In this document: in pieces, positions 36,733-45,063 of the stretch
Layout: each line of letters opens with the position of its first letter
How positions within the stretch are numbered: the first letter of the stretch is position 1
Source: an uncultured Acidimicrobiales bacterium
GTDB taxonomy: Bacteria > Actinomycetota > Acidimicrobiia > Acidimicrobiales > CATQHL01
Length of the DNA stretch: 64,000 bases
Assembly: GCA_958295925.1 (NCBI GenBank)
Contig: CATQHL010000001.1
Location: 152,676-216,675, forward strand
Direction of reading: 5' to 3'
Position numbers and translations under genes: made by a program
The notes under the pieces: generated by a model
What the model was told of the DNA's origin: nothing
What the model saw: only the letters and a program-made list of their open reading frames with translations
Databases searched by the model: none

Positions 36733-36810
36733 GACGCCCGGGCGCCGGCCAGGAACGGCGCCCGACCTGAGATGGCGACTGCATGGAAGCCGGCCTAAAA
36801 TGAGTGTGAC

Positions 36811-37170
36811 GGCGAGCCGGCCGGGCGGCCGCGCCGTCGGGCCTCTGGCAGGTCACGGCGGTGAGGAAGGTCGGGGCTCCGCAGGACGACGGCGCTGGCT
36901 AAGCCAGTCGAGGCGACTCGCAGGAAAGTGCCACAGAAACAAACCGCCGACGGCTCCAGCCAGGGCCGGGCAAGGGTGAAAAGGTGCGGTAAGAGCGCAC
37001 CGTGTCTCGGGCAATCGGGGCAGCTAGGCAAACCCCGCCGGGAGCAAGGTCAAGCAGGGGGAGGTGGTCCGCCGGCGCCGGAAGGCGCAACCCCCGGGTA
37101 GGCCGCTTAGATGGATGGCCGCACAGGGCATCAGTGCCTGGACAGAACCCCGCCTACAGGCCGACTCGCC
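36811..37170 (+). ncRNA. rnpB: RNase P RNA, bacterial type A
   Basis: Conserved blocks GAGGAAGGTCGGGGCTCC (P4 5' side), AGGGTGAAAAGGTGCGGTAAGAGCGCACC and ACAGAACCCCGCCTACAG (P4 3' side). The P1 helix pairs GGCGAGCCGG with CCGACTCGCC. Confidence 0.9.
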
Positions 37171-37220
37171 GTCGCCCCCCACCGCGCTGCGGGCCGCTGC
37201 GGTGCGGGGTCGTGCAGGGG

Positions 37221-37964
37221 TCAGATAACCAGCAGGCGCCCGCAGGACGGGCACGTGGTGAAGCCCCTGCTGCGCCGGCCGGTCTCGGATTCGCCTTCAG
37301 GAGGCATCTTGCGGAGCTGATCGAGTTCCATGAGCGACAGGAAGAGGTGGCACCCGGTGCATGTCGATCCATCCAGCCTCGCCACGCCCACCCCTCCCAG
37401 CTGGCTCCGAAGGGATTCATACGTCGCCTTGAGATCCTCGGGAATGCCGGCCGCCAACTCCCACCGCAGCGACTGGACCTCCTGCGTCCGGGAGTCGAGC
37501 TCGCCCTCGATCTCGGCCAGCCTGCCCCGCAGCGACTCCTCCCGCTGCTCGAGAGCGGTCTTTTGCGCCTCCAGGGAGGCGATCTCCTCGTTCAAGGGGT
37601 CGAGTTCCTCGAGCACTTCCAGCAACTTGTCCTCGACTACCTCAAGTCGCCTGGTGAGAGCGGCTATCTCCTGTTCAATGGCCTGCAGCTCCCGCACCCC
37701 TGTGACCTCGCCGGAGTAGAGAAGCCTTTTCTCCTGATCTCGCTTGCGCTGCAAGGTGGCAATCTCGACCTCGCAGCGTTTTTGAACCTTCGTCCTTTCC
37801 AGCCTGATGGCAGCTGCCTGCTCGTGTCGGGCATCGAGTTTCGCCGCCCCCTCGTGGATGCTCCTCAAGTCGGAACGCTCCGGGAGGTTCTCCCTGCGAT
37901 GCCTGATCTGCTCGAGGTGCGTGTCGTGACTCTGCAAGACGAGCAGGCGTTCAAGGAAACTCAT
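37221..37964 (-). CDS. Coiled-coil / C4 zinc-ribbon protein (COG1579, zf-RING_7 type)
   Basis: Long heptad-rich N-terminus, then CTGCHLFL ... CPSCGRLLV. Confidence 0.8.
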   Translation of the reverse strand: MSFLERLLVLQSHDTHLEQIRHRRENLPERSDLRSIHEGAAKLDARHEQAAAIRLERTKVQKRCEVEIATLQRKRDQEKRLLYSGEVTGVRELQAIEQEIAALTRRLEVVEDKLLEVLEELDPLNEEIASLEAQKTALEQREESLRGRLAEIEGELDSRTQEVQSLRWELAAGIPEDLKATYESLRSQLGGVGVARLDGSTCTGCHLFLSLMELDQLRKMPPEGESETGRRSRGFTTCPSCGRLLVI

Positions 37965-38022
37965 CCCTGATTTCCTGTATCCGCTTTATTCACGGACTGC
38001 CGGGGGTGCGCCATCGGGGGGC

Positions 38023-38050
38023 ATTTTATTGCCCAAGCCGCTTTCGGCAA
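38023..38050 (-). promoter_or_regulatory. Sigma-70-like promoter candidate for the COG1579 gene
   Basis: On the minus strand: TTGCCG, a 16-nt spacer, then TAAAAT, about 55 nt upstream of the ATG at 37964. Confidence 0.35.
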
Positions 38051-38279
38051 GGGCTGCAAGGCGGATTGGGGATTGTGTACGCGATTGACGCTGCTATAAT
38101 GATCGTCGTGGCATAGCCACGGGGTATAGCGGGTCTGGAGAACAATTTCGCTGATCCCGGCTGCTCCAACAGTCCCAGGCCCGCACAACCTCGACCCGCA
38201 TGGCTTCATACCGAGTGACCCAGGCTGCTCCCTCCGGCGACAGGCACCCCTCCTCCACCCACGATCACAAGGCTGGCGG

Positions 38280-38353
38280 TGGGCGCTGACGGACTTGAAC
38301 CGCCGACCCCTTCCTTGTAAGGGAAGTGCTCTGGCCTTCTGAGCTAAGCGCCC
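38280..38353 (-). tRNA. tRNA-Val (anticodon TAC)
   Basis: Cloverleaf read by hand: acceptor GGGCGCT/AGCGCCC, D arm GCTC..GAGC, anticodon stem-loop CTTCC-CTTACAA-GGAAG, T arm GGCGG-TTCAAGT-CCGTC. CCA is not encoded. Confidence 0.9.
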
Positions 38354-38366
38354 TAGGACGGCAAGG

Positions 38367-39110
38367 CTACTCAGCGTCTTCATCCGCCGACGCGGGGTCG
38401 TCTTGAGGTGACCGGAGATCGGCGCAGGACATCAAAGCCTCGGCCAGCCCGGGGGTGCAGGCGGCCAGGAGGGTTCGCCGCTCCAGTGGGTCGACGACAG
38501 TGAGTTCCCTGCCGAGAATGTCGCAGATCACAGCCCCCGACTGCTCGCACACCAGCATTGCCCCCATGTAGTCCCAGGGGCGGTGGGCGTGGTAGTCCAG
38601 GAAGCCGTCCAGCCCCCCGTCGGCGACGGTGCACAGATCAAGCGCACTGGATCCCCTCGCCCTGAACTGCCACCATCCTGGGATACTCGGCGGATACCCC
38701 GAAATCCCCACCACCGCCCTGGGGAGTTCCGTCTGAGTGGAAGGCCTTATGGGGACGCCGTCCCTGTACGCCCCCGCTCCCCTTACAGCCGTGTATCGCA
38801 GCCCGGTGGCCAGGTTTTGCACGAGTGCCGCCAGCGCCCCCCCGGAGTCAACCGCGCAAAGGCTGATCGAGTACCAGGGATGCCCCAAGGCGGCATTCGT
38901 GGAGCCGTCAACGGGATCAAGAACCACCACCACGTCCCTGTCTGCGGAGTGCATCCCCGACTCCTCGCTGCAGACACCCAGCCCTGATTCCAGCAGCAGG
39001 GGGACAGCCGCCTCGTCAGCCGCCAGATCGCAGCGATACTGGCCTGCCCGCGAGCCTGCAAGTCCCCAGTCCTCCAACCTCCCCAGCGCCTCCACGACAG
39101 CCTCGGCCAC
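38367..39110 (-). CDS. Inositol monophosphatase family protein
   Basis: DPVDGSTNA metal-binding motif and WDYMGAMLVCEQSG. Confidence 0.85.
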   Translation of the reverse strand: MAEAVVEALGRLEDWGLAGSRAGQYRCDLAADEAAVPLLLESGLGVCSEESGMHSADRDVVVVLDPVDGSTNAALGHPWYSISLCAVDSGGALAALVQNLATGLRYTAVRGAGAYRDGVPIRPSTQTELPRAVVGISGYPPSIPGWWQFRARGSSALDLCTVADGGLDGFLDYHAHRPWDYMGAMLVCEQSGAVICDILGRELTVVDPLERRTLLAACTPGLAEALMSCADLRSPQDDPASADEDAE

Positions 39111-39207
39111 ATCCTCAAACAGGGCAAGCAGTTCCGCAGGCGACTTTGCAGGAGCGATTCCGGCACGCTACCACCAGAGCCTGCGCCGACGGAACCGAAT
39201 AGGTAGA

Positions 39208-39858
39208 ATGGACGAGGGACGAACGAAGCCCGCTGATTCACGCAGCGTCGCCCTAATTGCGCTCAGGAAGGATGGCCATTTGTCGCTAGTAGACATCCCC
39301 GGATTCGTAATTGACCTGAAACACCACGCCCTCGAGGCCGGTTTTCACACCCATGAGGAGCACCACTATCTGAACATCACCACAGGACGCCAGTGGTGGG
39401 AGTTTCAGATGCACCCTGACTACGACTGCGAGGGCCCGCTGGAGCTGCATGTGGTGATCGACCTCGACAAGAGGATGCAATTCGCCTTTGAGGACGCGGT
39501 TGAGACTCTGCCCGAAGACGCTGATCTGCCGATGGACGGCTTCGACTTGCAGCTTGCCTTCAATTGGCGGTTGCCCCCTCTTCCCAACTGCCCGAACCTT
39601 CTGCAGCTGGCCACCGAAATCTCCCCCATCGGCGGCGCCACGCTGCCCCTGCACGTCTGGGCTTTGGACACCATCGCAACAGTCACAGACAAAGCGGCGC
39701 GCACCGTGAACGTGGAGGCCAGTGTCGGCGTACCCCTGGCCCTCGCCCACGACGACCACGACTCAATCGACGAGACGTTCAGACGAGTCAAGGACGTGAC
39801 GCTGTATCTGTACGACCGGGCGCCGGCTTGGCTGGGGGAAGCCTCCTCGGAACAGTAA
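39208..39858 (+). CDS. Hypothetical acidic protein, no family recognised
   Basis: ATG at 39208 within a longer open frame. Codon third positions are G/C-biased. His-rich patch HHALEAGFHTHEEHHY and many D/E residues. Confidence 0.5.
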   Translation: MDEGRTKPADSRSVALIALRKDGHLSLVDIPGFVIDLKHHALEAGFHTHEEHHYLNITTGRQWWEFQMHPDYDCEGPLELHVVIDLDKRMQFAFEDAVETLPEDADLPMDGFDLQLAFNWRLPPLPNCPNLLQLATEISPIGGATLPLHVWALDTIATVTDKAARTVNVEASVGVPLALAHDDHDSIDETFRRVKDVTLYLYDRAPAWLGEASSEQ

Positions 39859-39961
39859 TACTGAGGCCGCTGTCGGCTCCACGTGGGCCGGATGCGTTTG
39901 CCGCTATGAACACCGCACCGTCGAGGCGGGGGCGGTGGACCACCCGGCCGGGCCGTCGAGG

Positions 39962-40034
39962 TGGGCTCGGTGGGGATCGAACCCACGACCAAACGATTAT
40001 GAGTCGTCTGCTCTGACCACTGAGCTACGAGCCC
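39962..40034 (-). tRNA. tRNA-Met (anticodon CAT; elongator type, or possibly Ile2 if lysidinylated)
   Basis: Acceptor GGGCTCG/CGAGCCC, D arm GCTC-AGTGGTCA-GAGC, anticodon loop CTCATAA, T arm GTGGG-TTCGATC-CCCAC. It lacks the three G-C pairs of an initiator anticodon stem. Confidence 0.88.
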
Positions 40035-40049
40035 GCATTCGCCGCTCGG

Positions 40050-40122
40050 CTCCGGGGGTGGGACTCGAACCCACAACAAACGGCTTAACAGGCCGCTGCT
40101 CTGCCAATTGAGCTACCCCGGA
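40050..40122 (-). tRNA. tRNA-Asn (anticodon GTT)
   Basis: Acceptor TCCGGGG/CCCCGGA, anticodon stem-loop GCGGC-CTGTTAA-GCCGT, T arm GTGGG-TTCGAGT-CCCAC. Confidence 0.9.
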
Positions 40123-40172
40123 TTGGCGAAATCAGGATACCGGAACCTGCGTCGGGCCTATCGGATCGGGAC

Positions 40173-41948
40173 TCATTCACCGGAGCGCAGCAACCCTGCC
40201 ACCTCGGCGGATCTCCCGGCCTCCCAGTCGTGCAGGCGCAGGTCGTCCACAGCCTGCTTCAGGGCCGTCAGGCGTTGCGCAAGCGTCTGATCCTTTGTGT
40301 GCTTGAATCGGATCAGCAGGTCCTGGATTTCCCGTTCCGCGGCCTCATGCACAAGGCGCCCAAAGATTGTGACGCTCAGGTTGGTGGGCTCGCTGGCAGC
40401 CAGGTCAGCCAGCAGGCGACCCTCAGCCGTACCGCCGGCGTCTTCGGAGGCGAGCATCGAGATCGCCGCTCCGAGGGAGTCGGACCGACGCAGGGCTTCG
40501 AACACCGCCCGCTGGAGGGGCCGCTCGAAGAGATCCGACGAGATGTAGCCGGGCACCAGATCTGGGTTGTGGGCGCATATCCGCAGTACTTGCATCGCAA
40601 TCCCCGAGGTCCTGGCCGTGACGTCGGGTGCCGTCGCCGCCGATCTTTCGCCTTCCTCGCCCGTCGGCGGTCGTTGCCTCATCCGTACCGCGGCCGCCCT
40701 CAGCTGGTCGGGGGGAAGCCCGAGACGATCGGCGACCTGCATCAAGTACTGGTCCCGGACGATCTCGTCGTGGTGCTCATCGATTACCCCCAACGCCGCT
40801 GCGCCTGCTCGGGAGAGCCCCTCTGGCGTTGAGCGGTCGACCCCCCTGACTGCCCTGTTCAGCCTGAACGCCATGTAAGGGTCGGGGGAGGACACCGCCT
40901 CCTGCAAGGCTCCGGGGTCGCTGCGGGCGAGGTCGCCCGGGTCGCTGCCTTCGGGGAGGGATGCCACGAACGTCTGGATTAAGTACTTGCCCTCCCAGCG
41001 GTAGATGCGCTCGGCGGCCGCCGCCCCCGCAGCGTCGGCGTCGAAGGCAAGCACGAAGCGCTCGGTGAAGCGTCGCAGCAGTTTCACGTGATCCTCCGTC
41101 AGGGATGTGCCGCATGTAGCCACGCAATTCTCAACCCCCACCGACGACAGCCCCAGCACGTCGGTGTATCCCTCGCAGATCACCACCTCGCCCGACCGCA
41201 CGATGCTTTCCTTGGCGTGGTGGAGGTTGTAGAGGAGCCTGGTTTTCACGTAGACGGGGCTCTCGGGGGAGTTCTTGTACTTGGGGGGCCGGCCGTCGGG
41301 CAGTGCCCTGCCGCCAAATCCCACCGGGGTGCCCCGGATGTCGCAGACAGGGAACATGATGCGTGCCCGGAAAGCGTCGATTGAGCCCCGCCCGCCCTGC
41401 TGCAGCAGGCCGGCGGCCAGCAGATCGTCCTCAGGCAGGCCCAGGGAGGAACGCAGGGTTTCCCAGGCGTCGGGTGCCCAGCCCAGCCGGAATTCGCGCA
41501 CCTGCTCGCCTTCGACGCCCCTCGAGCGCAGATAGCTGCGCGCCTGGGCAGCCTCGGGGTGGGAGAGCAGACGCTCGTGATACCAGGCAGCCGCAGCTGC
41601 TACCGCCTCGGTGAGGCGTTTCCGGCGCCGGTAGTCGCCCGTCTCTTCGCTGCTGGTGTAGGTAAGGGTGATCCCGGCCCGAGCGGCCAGGAACTCCACG
41701 CTGCCCACAAAATCCAGCCCCTCGGTCTGCTGGACGAATGTAAAGACGTCGCCGGAGGCTTCGCAGCCAAAGCACTTGTAGAGGCCCTCCTCGGCGTTGA
41801 CGTTGAAGGAGGGCGTCTTCTCTGAGTGAAAGGGGCAGAGCCCCACCCAGCGGCGCCCCACCCTTCGCAGAGCGGAGCGGCTCTGCACCAGGGAGAGAAT
41901 GTCGCTGGCCTCCCTTACACGGGGTATGTTCTCAGCGGCGATACCCAC
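40173..41948 (-). CDS. dnaG: DNA primase
   Basis: Zinc finger CPFHSEKTPSFNV...CFGCEASGD and Toprim motif VICEGYTDV. GTG start behind a GAGGGAGG Shine-Dalgarno. Confidence 0.95.
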   Translation of the reverse strand: MGIAAENIPRVREASDILSLVQSRSALRRVGRRWVGLCPFHSEKTPSFNVNAEEGLYKCFGCEASGDVFTFVQQTEGLDFVGSVEFLAARAGITLTYTSSEETGDYRRRKRLTEAVAAAAAWYHERLLSHPEAAQARSYLRSRGVEGEQVREFRLGWAPDAWETLRSSLGLPEDDLLAAGLLQQGGRGSIDAFRARIMFPVCDIRGTPVGFGGRALPDGRPPKYKNSPESPVYVKTRLLYNLHHAKESIVRSGEVVICEGYTDVLGLSSVGVENCVATCGTSLTEDHVKLLRRFTERFVLAFDADAAGAAAAERIYRWEGKYLIQTFVASLPEGSDPGDLARSDPGALQEAVSSPDPYMAFRLNRAVRGVDRSTPEGLSRAGAAALGVIDEHHDEIVRDQYLMQVADRLGLPPDQLRAAAVRMRQRPPTGEEGERSAATAPDVTARTSGIAMQVLRICAHNPDLVPGYISSDLFERPLQRAVFEALRRSDSLGAAISMLASEDAGGTAEGRLLADLAASEPTNLSVTIFGRLVHEAAEREIQDLLIRFKHTKDQTLAQRLTALKQAVDDLRLHDWEAGRSAEVAGLLRSGE

Positions 41949-42047
41949 GCTGCGCCTCCCTCAGGATTTTTCCTTGCCGTGCCGCCCTTCCCCCTCGGCT
42001 CTCCCCTGCCCCTATTGCCCCGGCCCACTGCGCCTCACGCCTGCGGC

Positions 42048-43409
42048 TCAGTCTGCCAGTCGTGTTGAGAGGTAGTCCACCAGTTTGGAGATCGGGAGGC
42101 GGTCCTGGTGCATGCTGTCGCGGTCGCGAATGGTCACCGCCCCGTCGTCGAGCGTGTCGAAGTCCACCGTTACGCAGTAGGGGGTTCCCAACTCGTCCTG
42201 GCGCCGGTAGCGCCTGCCGATGGACTGCGTCTCGTCGTAGTCCACCATCCAGTGCGGGGAGAGAATCCCCAGCACCTCCCTGGCGCGCCCGGTGAGCGCG
42301 TCCTTCCTGGAGAGGGGCAGCACGGCCGCCTTGAACGGCGCCAGCGAATGATGCAGCCTCAGCACCACCCTCCTTTCCCCGCGCACCTCCTCGGTGTGGT
42401 AGGCGGCCAGCAAGAACGCCATCATCGCCCTGGTGGCGCCGGCGGCAGGCTCGATCACATATGGCACGTAGCGTTCCCCGGTGGCGGCATTGTGATACTC
42501 AAGCCTTTGCCCTGAGTGCCCGGCGTGGGCTCGCAGGTCGTAATCGGTGCGGTTGGCAATTCCCTCCAGCTCCCCCCACCCCCAGGGGTAGCGAAACTCC
42601 ACGTCGGAGGTGGCCTCCGAGTAGTGGCTCAGCTCATCGGCGTCGTGCGGGCGAAGTCGCAGCAGCGCCTCGGGGATGCCCAGGCCGGAGTACCAGCGGA
42701 GCCTCTCCGCACACCAGTACTCGTGCCATCGGGCGGCATCGGGGGGCGGGACGAAGAACTCCATCTCCATCTGCTCGAACTCGCGTGTGCGGAAGATGAA
42801 GTTGCCTGGCGTGATCTCGTTGCGGAACGACTTTCCGATCTGGGCAATCCCGAAGGGCGGGCGCAGCCGGCTGACGCGCATCACGTTTGCGAAGTTCACG
42901 AACATCCCCTGGGCTGTCTCCGGGCGCAGGTAGACCTCGGCGGCGGCATCCGCCACCGGGCCGGCGTGGGTGCGGAACATGAGGTTGAACTGCCTGGGCT
43001 CGCCCAGGTCGCCCGCTACCCCGCAGTGGCTGCAGCGCTCCGGATCTGCGAGTTGGTCGAGGCGGTGGCGCCTGCCGCAATTCGAGCACTCCACCAGAGG
43101 GTCGGTAAAGCCTGTGAGGTGCCCGGAGGCTTCCCAGACGGCGGGCGGGGAAAGGATGGAGGCGTCGAGTCCCACCACATCGGCCCGCTGCTGCACCATC
43201 GCGTTCCACCACGCCTCCTTCACGTTGCGCAGCATCAACACCCCCACCGGCCCGTAGTCGTAGGCGGAGCGGAACCCGCCGTAGATGTCAGCCGACTGGA
43301 AGACGAAACCACGCCTCTTTGCGAGGTTCACCACAGCCTCGCCAACTTCGACGGAGACCTGCCCGACGCCTGAGCGGGCTGCGCTATCTTCAGACGGCGG
43401 CGGAGGCAT
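42048..43409 (-). CDS. glyQS: Glycine--tRNA ligase (dimeric class II GlyQS)
   Basis: LAKRRGFVFQSADIYGG, FNLMFRT and GIGQSFRNE-type motifs (here IAQIGKSFRNE), with an anticodon-binding C-terminus. The start is uncertain: ATG 43409 is used, and the longest ORF reaches 43493, overlapping recO. Confidence 0.9.
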   Translation of the reverse strand: MPPPPSEDSAARSGVGQVSVEVGEAVVNLAKRRGFVFQSADIYGGFRSAYDYGPVGVLMLRNVKEAWWNAMVQQRADVVGLDASILSPPAVWEASGHLTGFTDPLVECSNCGRRHRLDQLADPERCSHCGVAGDLGEPRQFNLMFRTHAGPVADAAAEVYLRPETAQGMFVNFANVMRVSRLRPPFGIAQIGKSFRNEITPGNFIFRTREFEQMEMEFFVPPPDAARWHEYWCAERLRWYSGLGIPEALLRLRPHDADELSHYSEATSDVEFRYPWGWGELEGIANRTDYDLRAHAGHSGQRLEYHNAATGERYVPYVIEPAAGATRAMMAFLLAAYHTEEVRGERRVVLRLHHSLAPFKAAVLPLSRKDALTGRAREVLGILSPHWMVDYDETQSIGRRYRRQDELGTPYCVTVDFDTLDDGAVTIRDRDSMHQDRLPISKLVDYLSTRLAD

Positions 43410-44175
43410 CGGAGGGCAGGCTAGCGACCCTGCCCACGAAGTAGAGTGCCCGCAGCGGGCGCTCAATGTGCCGTTCGAGGATGCGCACGCCAAGCCTCTC
43501 GAACTCCGAGGCGGCCTGCCCCGTTGTCCTGCCCAGCACTGCTGCGGTGCGTCCCTCCAGGGAGTCCCTGATGATCCTTGCCGTCTCCGGCCTCAGCGGG
43601 GCTCCCCTGCAACAGCCTGCACAGGTGAATCCCCCCCTTTCCAAGTCCAAGGCGACCGGGTTGGCGGGCTCCTCGCATCCGACGCAGAAGCCGGGCGCCG
43701 GCGCTATCCCCTCCAGCTGCGCCAGGCGCCAGAGAAACGCCCCGACGATCAGCGGGGAGGGGTGGGTGTGCAGGGAGCGCAGTCCCCGCACCAGCAGATC
43801 GTAGAGGGCGGGGTTGGGCGTCCGCTCAAGGGCCAGGTGCCCGGCGGCTTCGAGCATCGCCATCGCCTTGCCAAAAAGCTCCAGCTTGTCGGCGAGAAGC
43901 CTCGGGTGCTCGAAAGGGTGGAGTTCCACGCTCTCTGCGGAGGTGAGCGTGTCGAGATCTCCCCTGCCGCGCCAAAGCCGCACGTTCAGGTGCGTGGCCG
44001 GCTGCAGACGCCCCCCGAACCTGTTGCGCACCTTGCGCGCCCCCTTCGCCACGCACCGTATGAGGCCGTGGGCCTCACCCAGCATCACAACTATGCGGCT
44101 GGTCTCACCCAGTCGATAGGTGCGCAGCACCACTGCCCTGTCCCGGTACGGGCCTGTCCACTCCGGCGGGCTCAC
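43390..44175 (-). CDS. recO: DNA repair protein RecO
   Basis: OB-fold N-terminus (AVVLRTYRLGETSRIVVML...) and zinc motif CVGC...CAGC. GTG start at 44175. Confidence 0.9.
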   Translation of the reverse strand: MSPPEWTGPYRDRAVVLRTYRLGETSRIVVMLGEAHGLIRCVAKGARKVRNRFGGRLQPATHLNVRLWRGRGDLDTLTSAESVELHPFEHPRLLADKLELFGKAMAMLEAAGHLALERTPNPALYDLLVRGLRSLHTHPSPLIVGAFLWRLAQLEGIAPAPGFCVGCEEPANPVALDLERGGFTCAGCCRGAPLRPETARIIRDSLEGRTAAVLGRTTGQAASEFERLGVRILERHIERPLRALYFVGRVASLPSDASAAV

Positions 44176-44266
44176 AGGCGGCTCACAGGCGGCTCACGCA
44201 CCCTGTCGCCGTGCGTATCCACACCCGACCGTGCGGCCTGTCCACTCCGGCGGGCTCACAGGCGGC
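44151..44266. repeat. 32-bp perfect direct repeat duplicating the recO start region, plus an internal 11-bp x 2.5 tandem
   Basis: GGCCTGTCCACTCCGGCGGGCTCACAGGCGGC occurs at 44151-44182 (containing the recO GTG) and again at 44235-44266. GCTCACAGGCG is tandemly repeated at about 44170-44197. Confidence 0.9.
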
Positions 44267-44299
44267 GGCCTGCCGCAACCGCCCTGCCCCGCCACCTGT

Positions 44300-45055
44300 T
44301 CACTGATCCAGCCCCCCGAACCGGCGCTGCCTTGCCTGATACTCGGCCACGGCGTCGAACAGGTGAAGGCGGGTGAAATCTGGCCAGAGGACGTCCAGGA
44401 AAAACATCTCCGAGTACGCCATCTGCCAGAGCAGGAAGTTTGAGATCCGGTGCTCCCCGGAGGTTCGGATCACCAGGTCGGGGTCGGGAGCCTCTGGTGT
44501 GTAGAGGTGCTTGGCCACAACCTCCTCGTCGATCTGCGCGGGCTCATATCCCGCCTTGACAATGGAGCGCACGGCGTCGGTGATCTCTGTCCGGCTGCCG
44601 TAGTTGAACGCCACGCTAAGGATGAGCCGGCGGTTCGGGGCGGTCAGTTCGGCGGCCTTGTCCATTTCCCTGAGGAGCGACCCTGCCAGGCGGCGGTCCC
44701 GGCGTCCGATGATACGAAGGCGCACCCCCTTTTCGTTCAGCTCGTCGCGGCGGCGGCGCAGGATCTCCCTGTTGAATTCGAGCAGAAAGCGCACCTCCTC
44801 GACCGGGCGTCGCCAATTCTCGGTAGAGAAGGCGAAGACGGTCAGCCACTTCACGCTCAACTCCAGGCAGCCATCCACGGCCTCAAAGAGTGCGTCCAGG
44901 CCTGCTTCGTGGCCCTTGCTGCGGGGAAGCCCGCGAACGGCCGCCCAGCGCCCGTTGCCGTCCATCACGCACGCCAGGTGCCGGGGAACTGAGGAAAAAT
45001 CAATGCGCTCCAGGCTCATGCTGTTTTTCAAACTAACCCGCCAACCGTCTGCCAA
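44300..45055 (-). CDS. uppS: Isoprenyl (undecaprenyl/decaprenyl) diphosphate synthase, cis-prenyltransferase
   Basis: CVMDGNGRWA, FSTENWRRP and RTSGEHRISNFLLWQ. Confidence 0.95.
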   Translation of the reverse strand: MADGWRVSLKNSMSLERIDFSSVPRHLACVMDGNGRWAAVRGLPRSKGHEAGLDALFEAVDGCLELSVKWLTVFAFSTENWRRPVEEVRFLLEFNREILRRRRDELNEKGVRLRIIGRRDRRLAGSLLREMDKAAELTAPNRRLILSVAFNYGSRTEITDAVRSIVKAGYEPAQIDEEVVAKHLYTPEAPDPDLVIRTSGEHRISNFLLWQMAYSEMFFLDVLWPDFTRLHLFDAVAEYQARQRRFGGLDQ

Positions 45056-45063
45056 GACGACGC

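Noticed and set aside
38085-38100. TTGACG followed by TATAAT, considered as a promoter pair.
   Set aside because: The spacer is only 4 nt. The TTGTGT at 38073-38078 with a 16-nt spacer is the only geometry compatible with the TATAAT box.
38222-38262. On the minus strand this reads GCCTGTCGCCGGAGGGAGCAGCC, which resembles the SRP (4.5S) RNA domain IV core (GNAR tetraloop followed by GGAAGCAGCC).
   Set aside because: The 5' side lacks the conserved AGG of the symmetric loop. No complementary 3' arm exists for the upstream GGAGGAGGGGTGCC segment. The resemblance is limited to about 12 nt, so it is not called as ffs.
37961-38383. A 140-aa minus-strand ORF upstream of the COG1579 gene.
   Set aside because: It runs straight through tRNA-Val (38280-38353) and has no coding-like features. 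It is treated as spurious.
39420-40079. A 219-aa minus-strand ORF.
   Set aside because: It begins inside tRNA-Asn, reads through tRNA-Met and is antisense to the 39208-39858 ORF. It is treated as spurious.
39962-40122. A genomic island or integrative element at the tRNA-Met/tRNA-Asn pair, or near the Xis-like HTH gene at 51143.
   Set aside because: No integrase, transposase or direct repeat of a tRNA 3' end is visible. Flanking genes are conserved housekeeping genes.
43390-43493. A T-box or other leader upstream of glyQS.
   Set aside because: The glyQS start region overlaps the recO 3' end, which leaves no untranslated leader.
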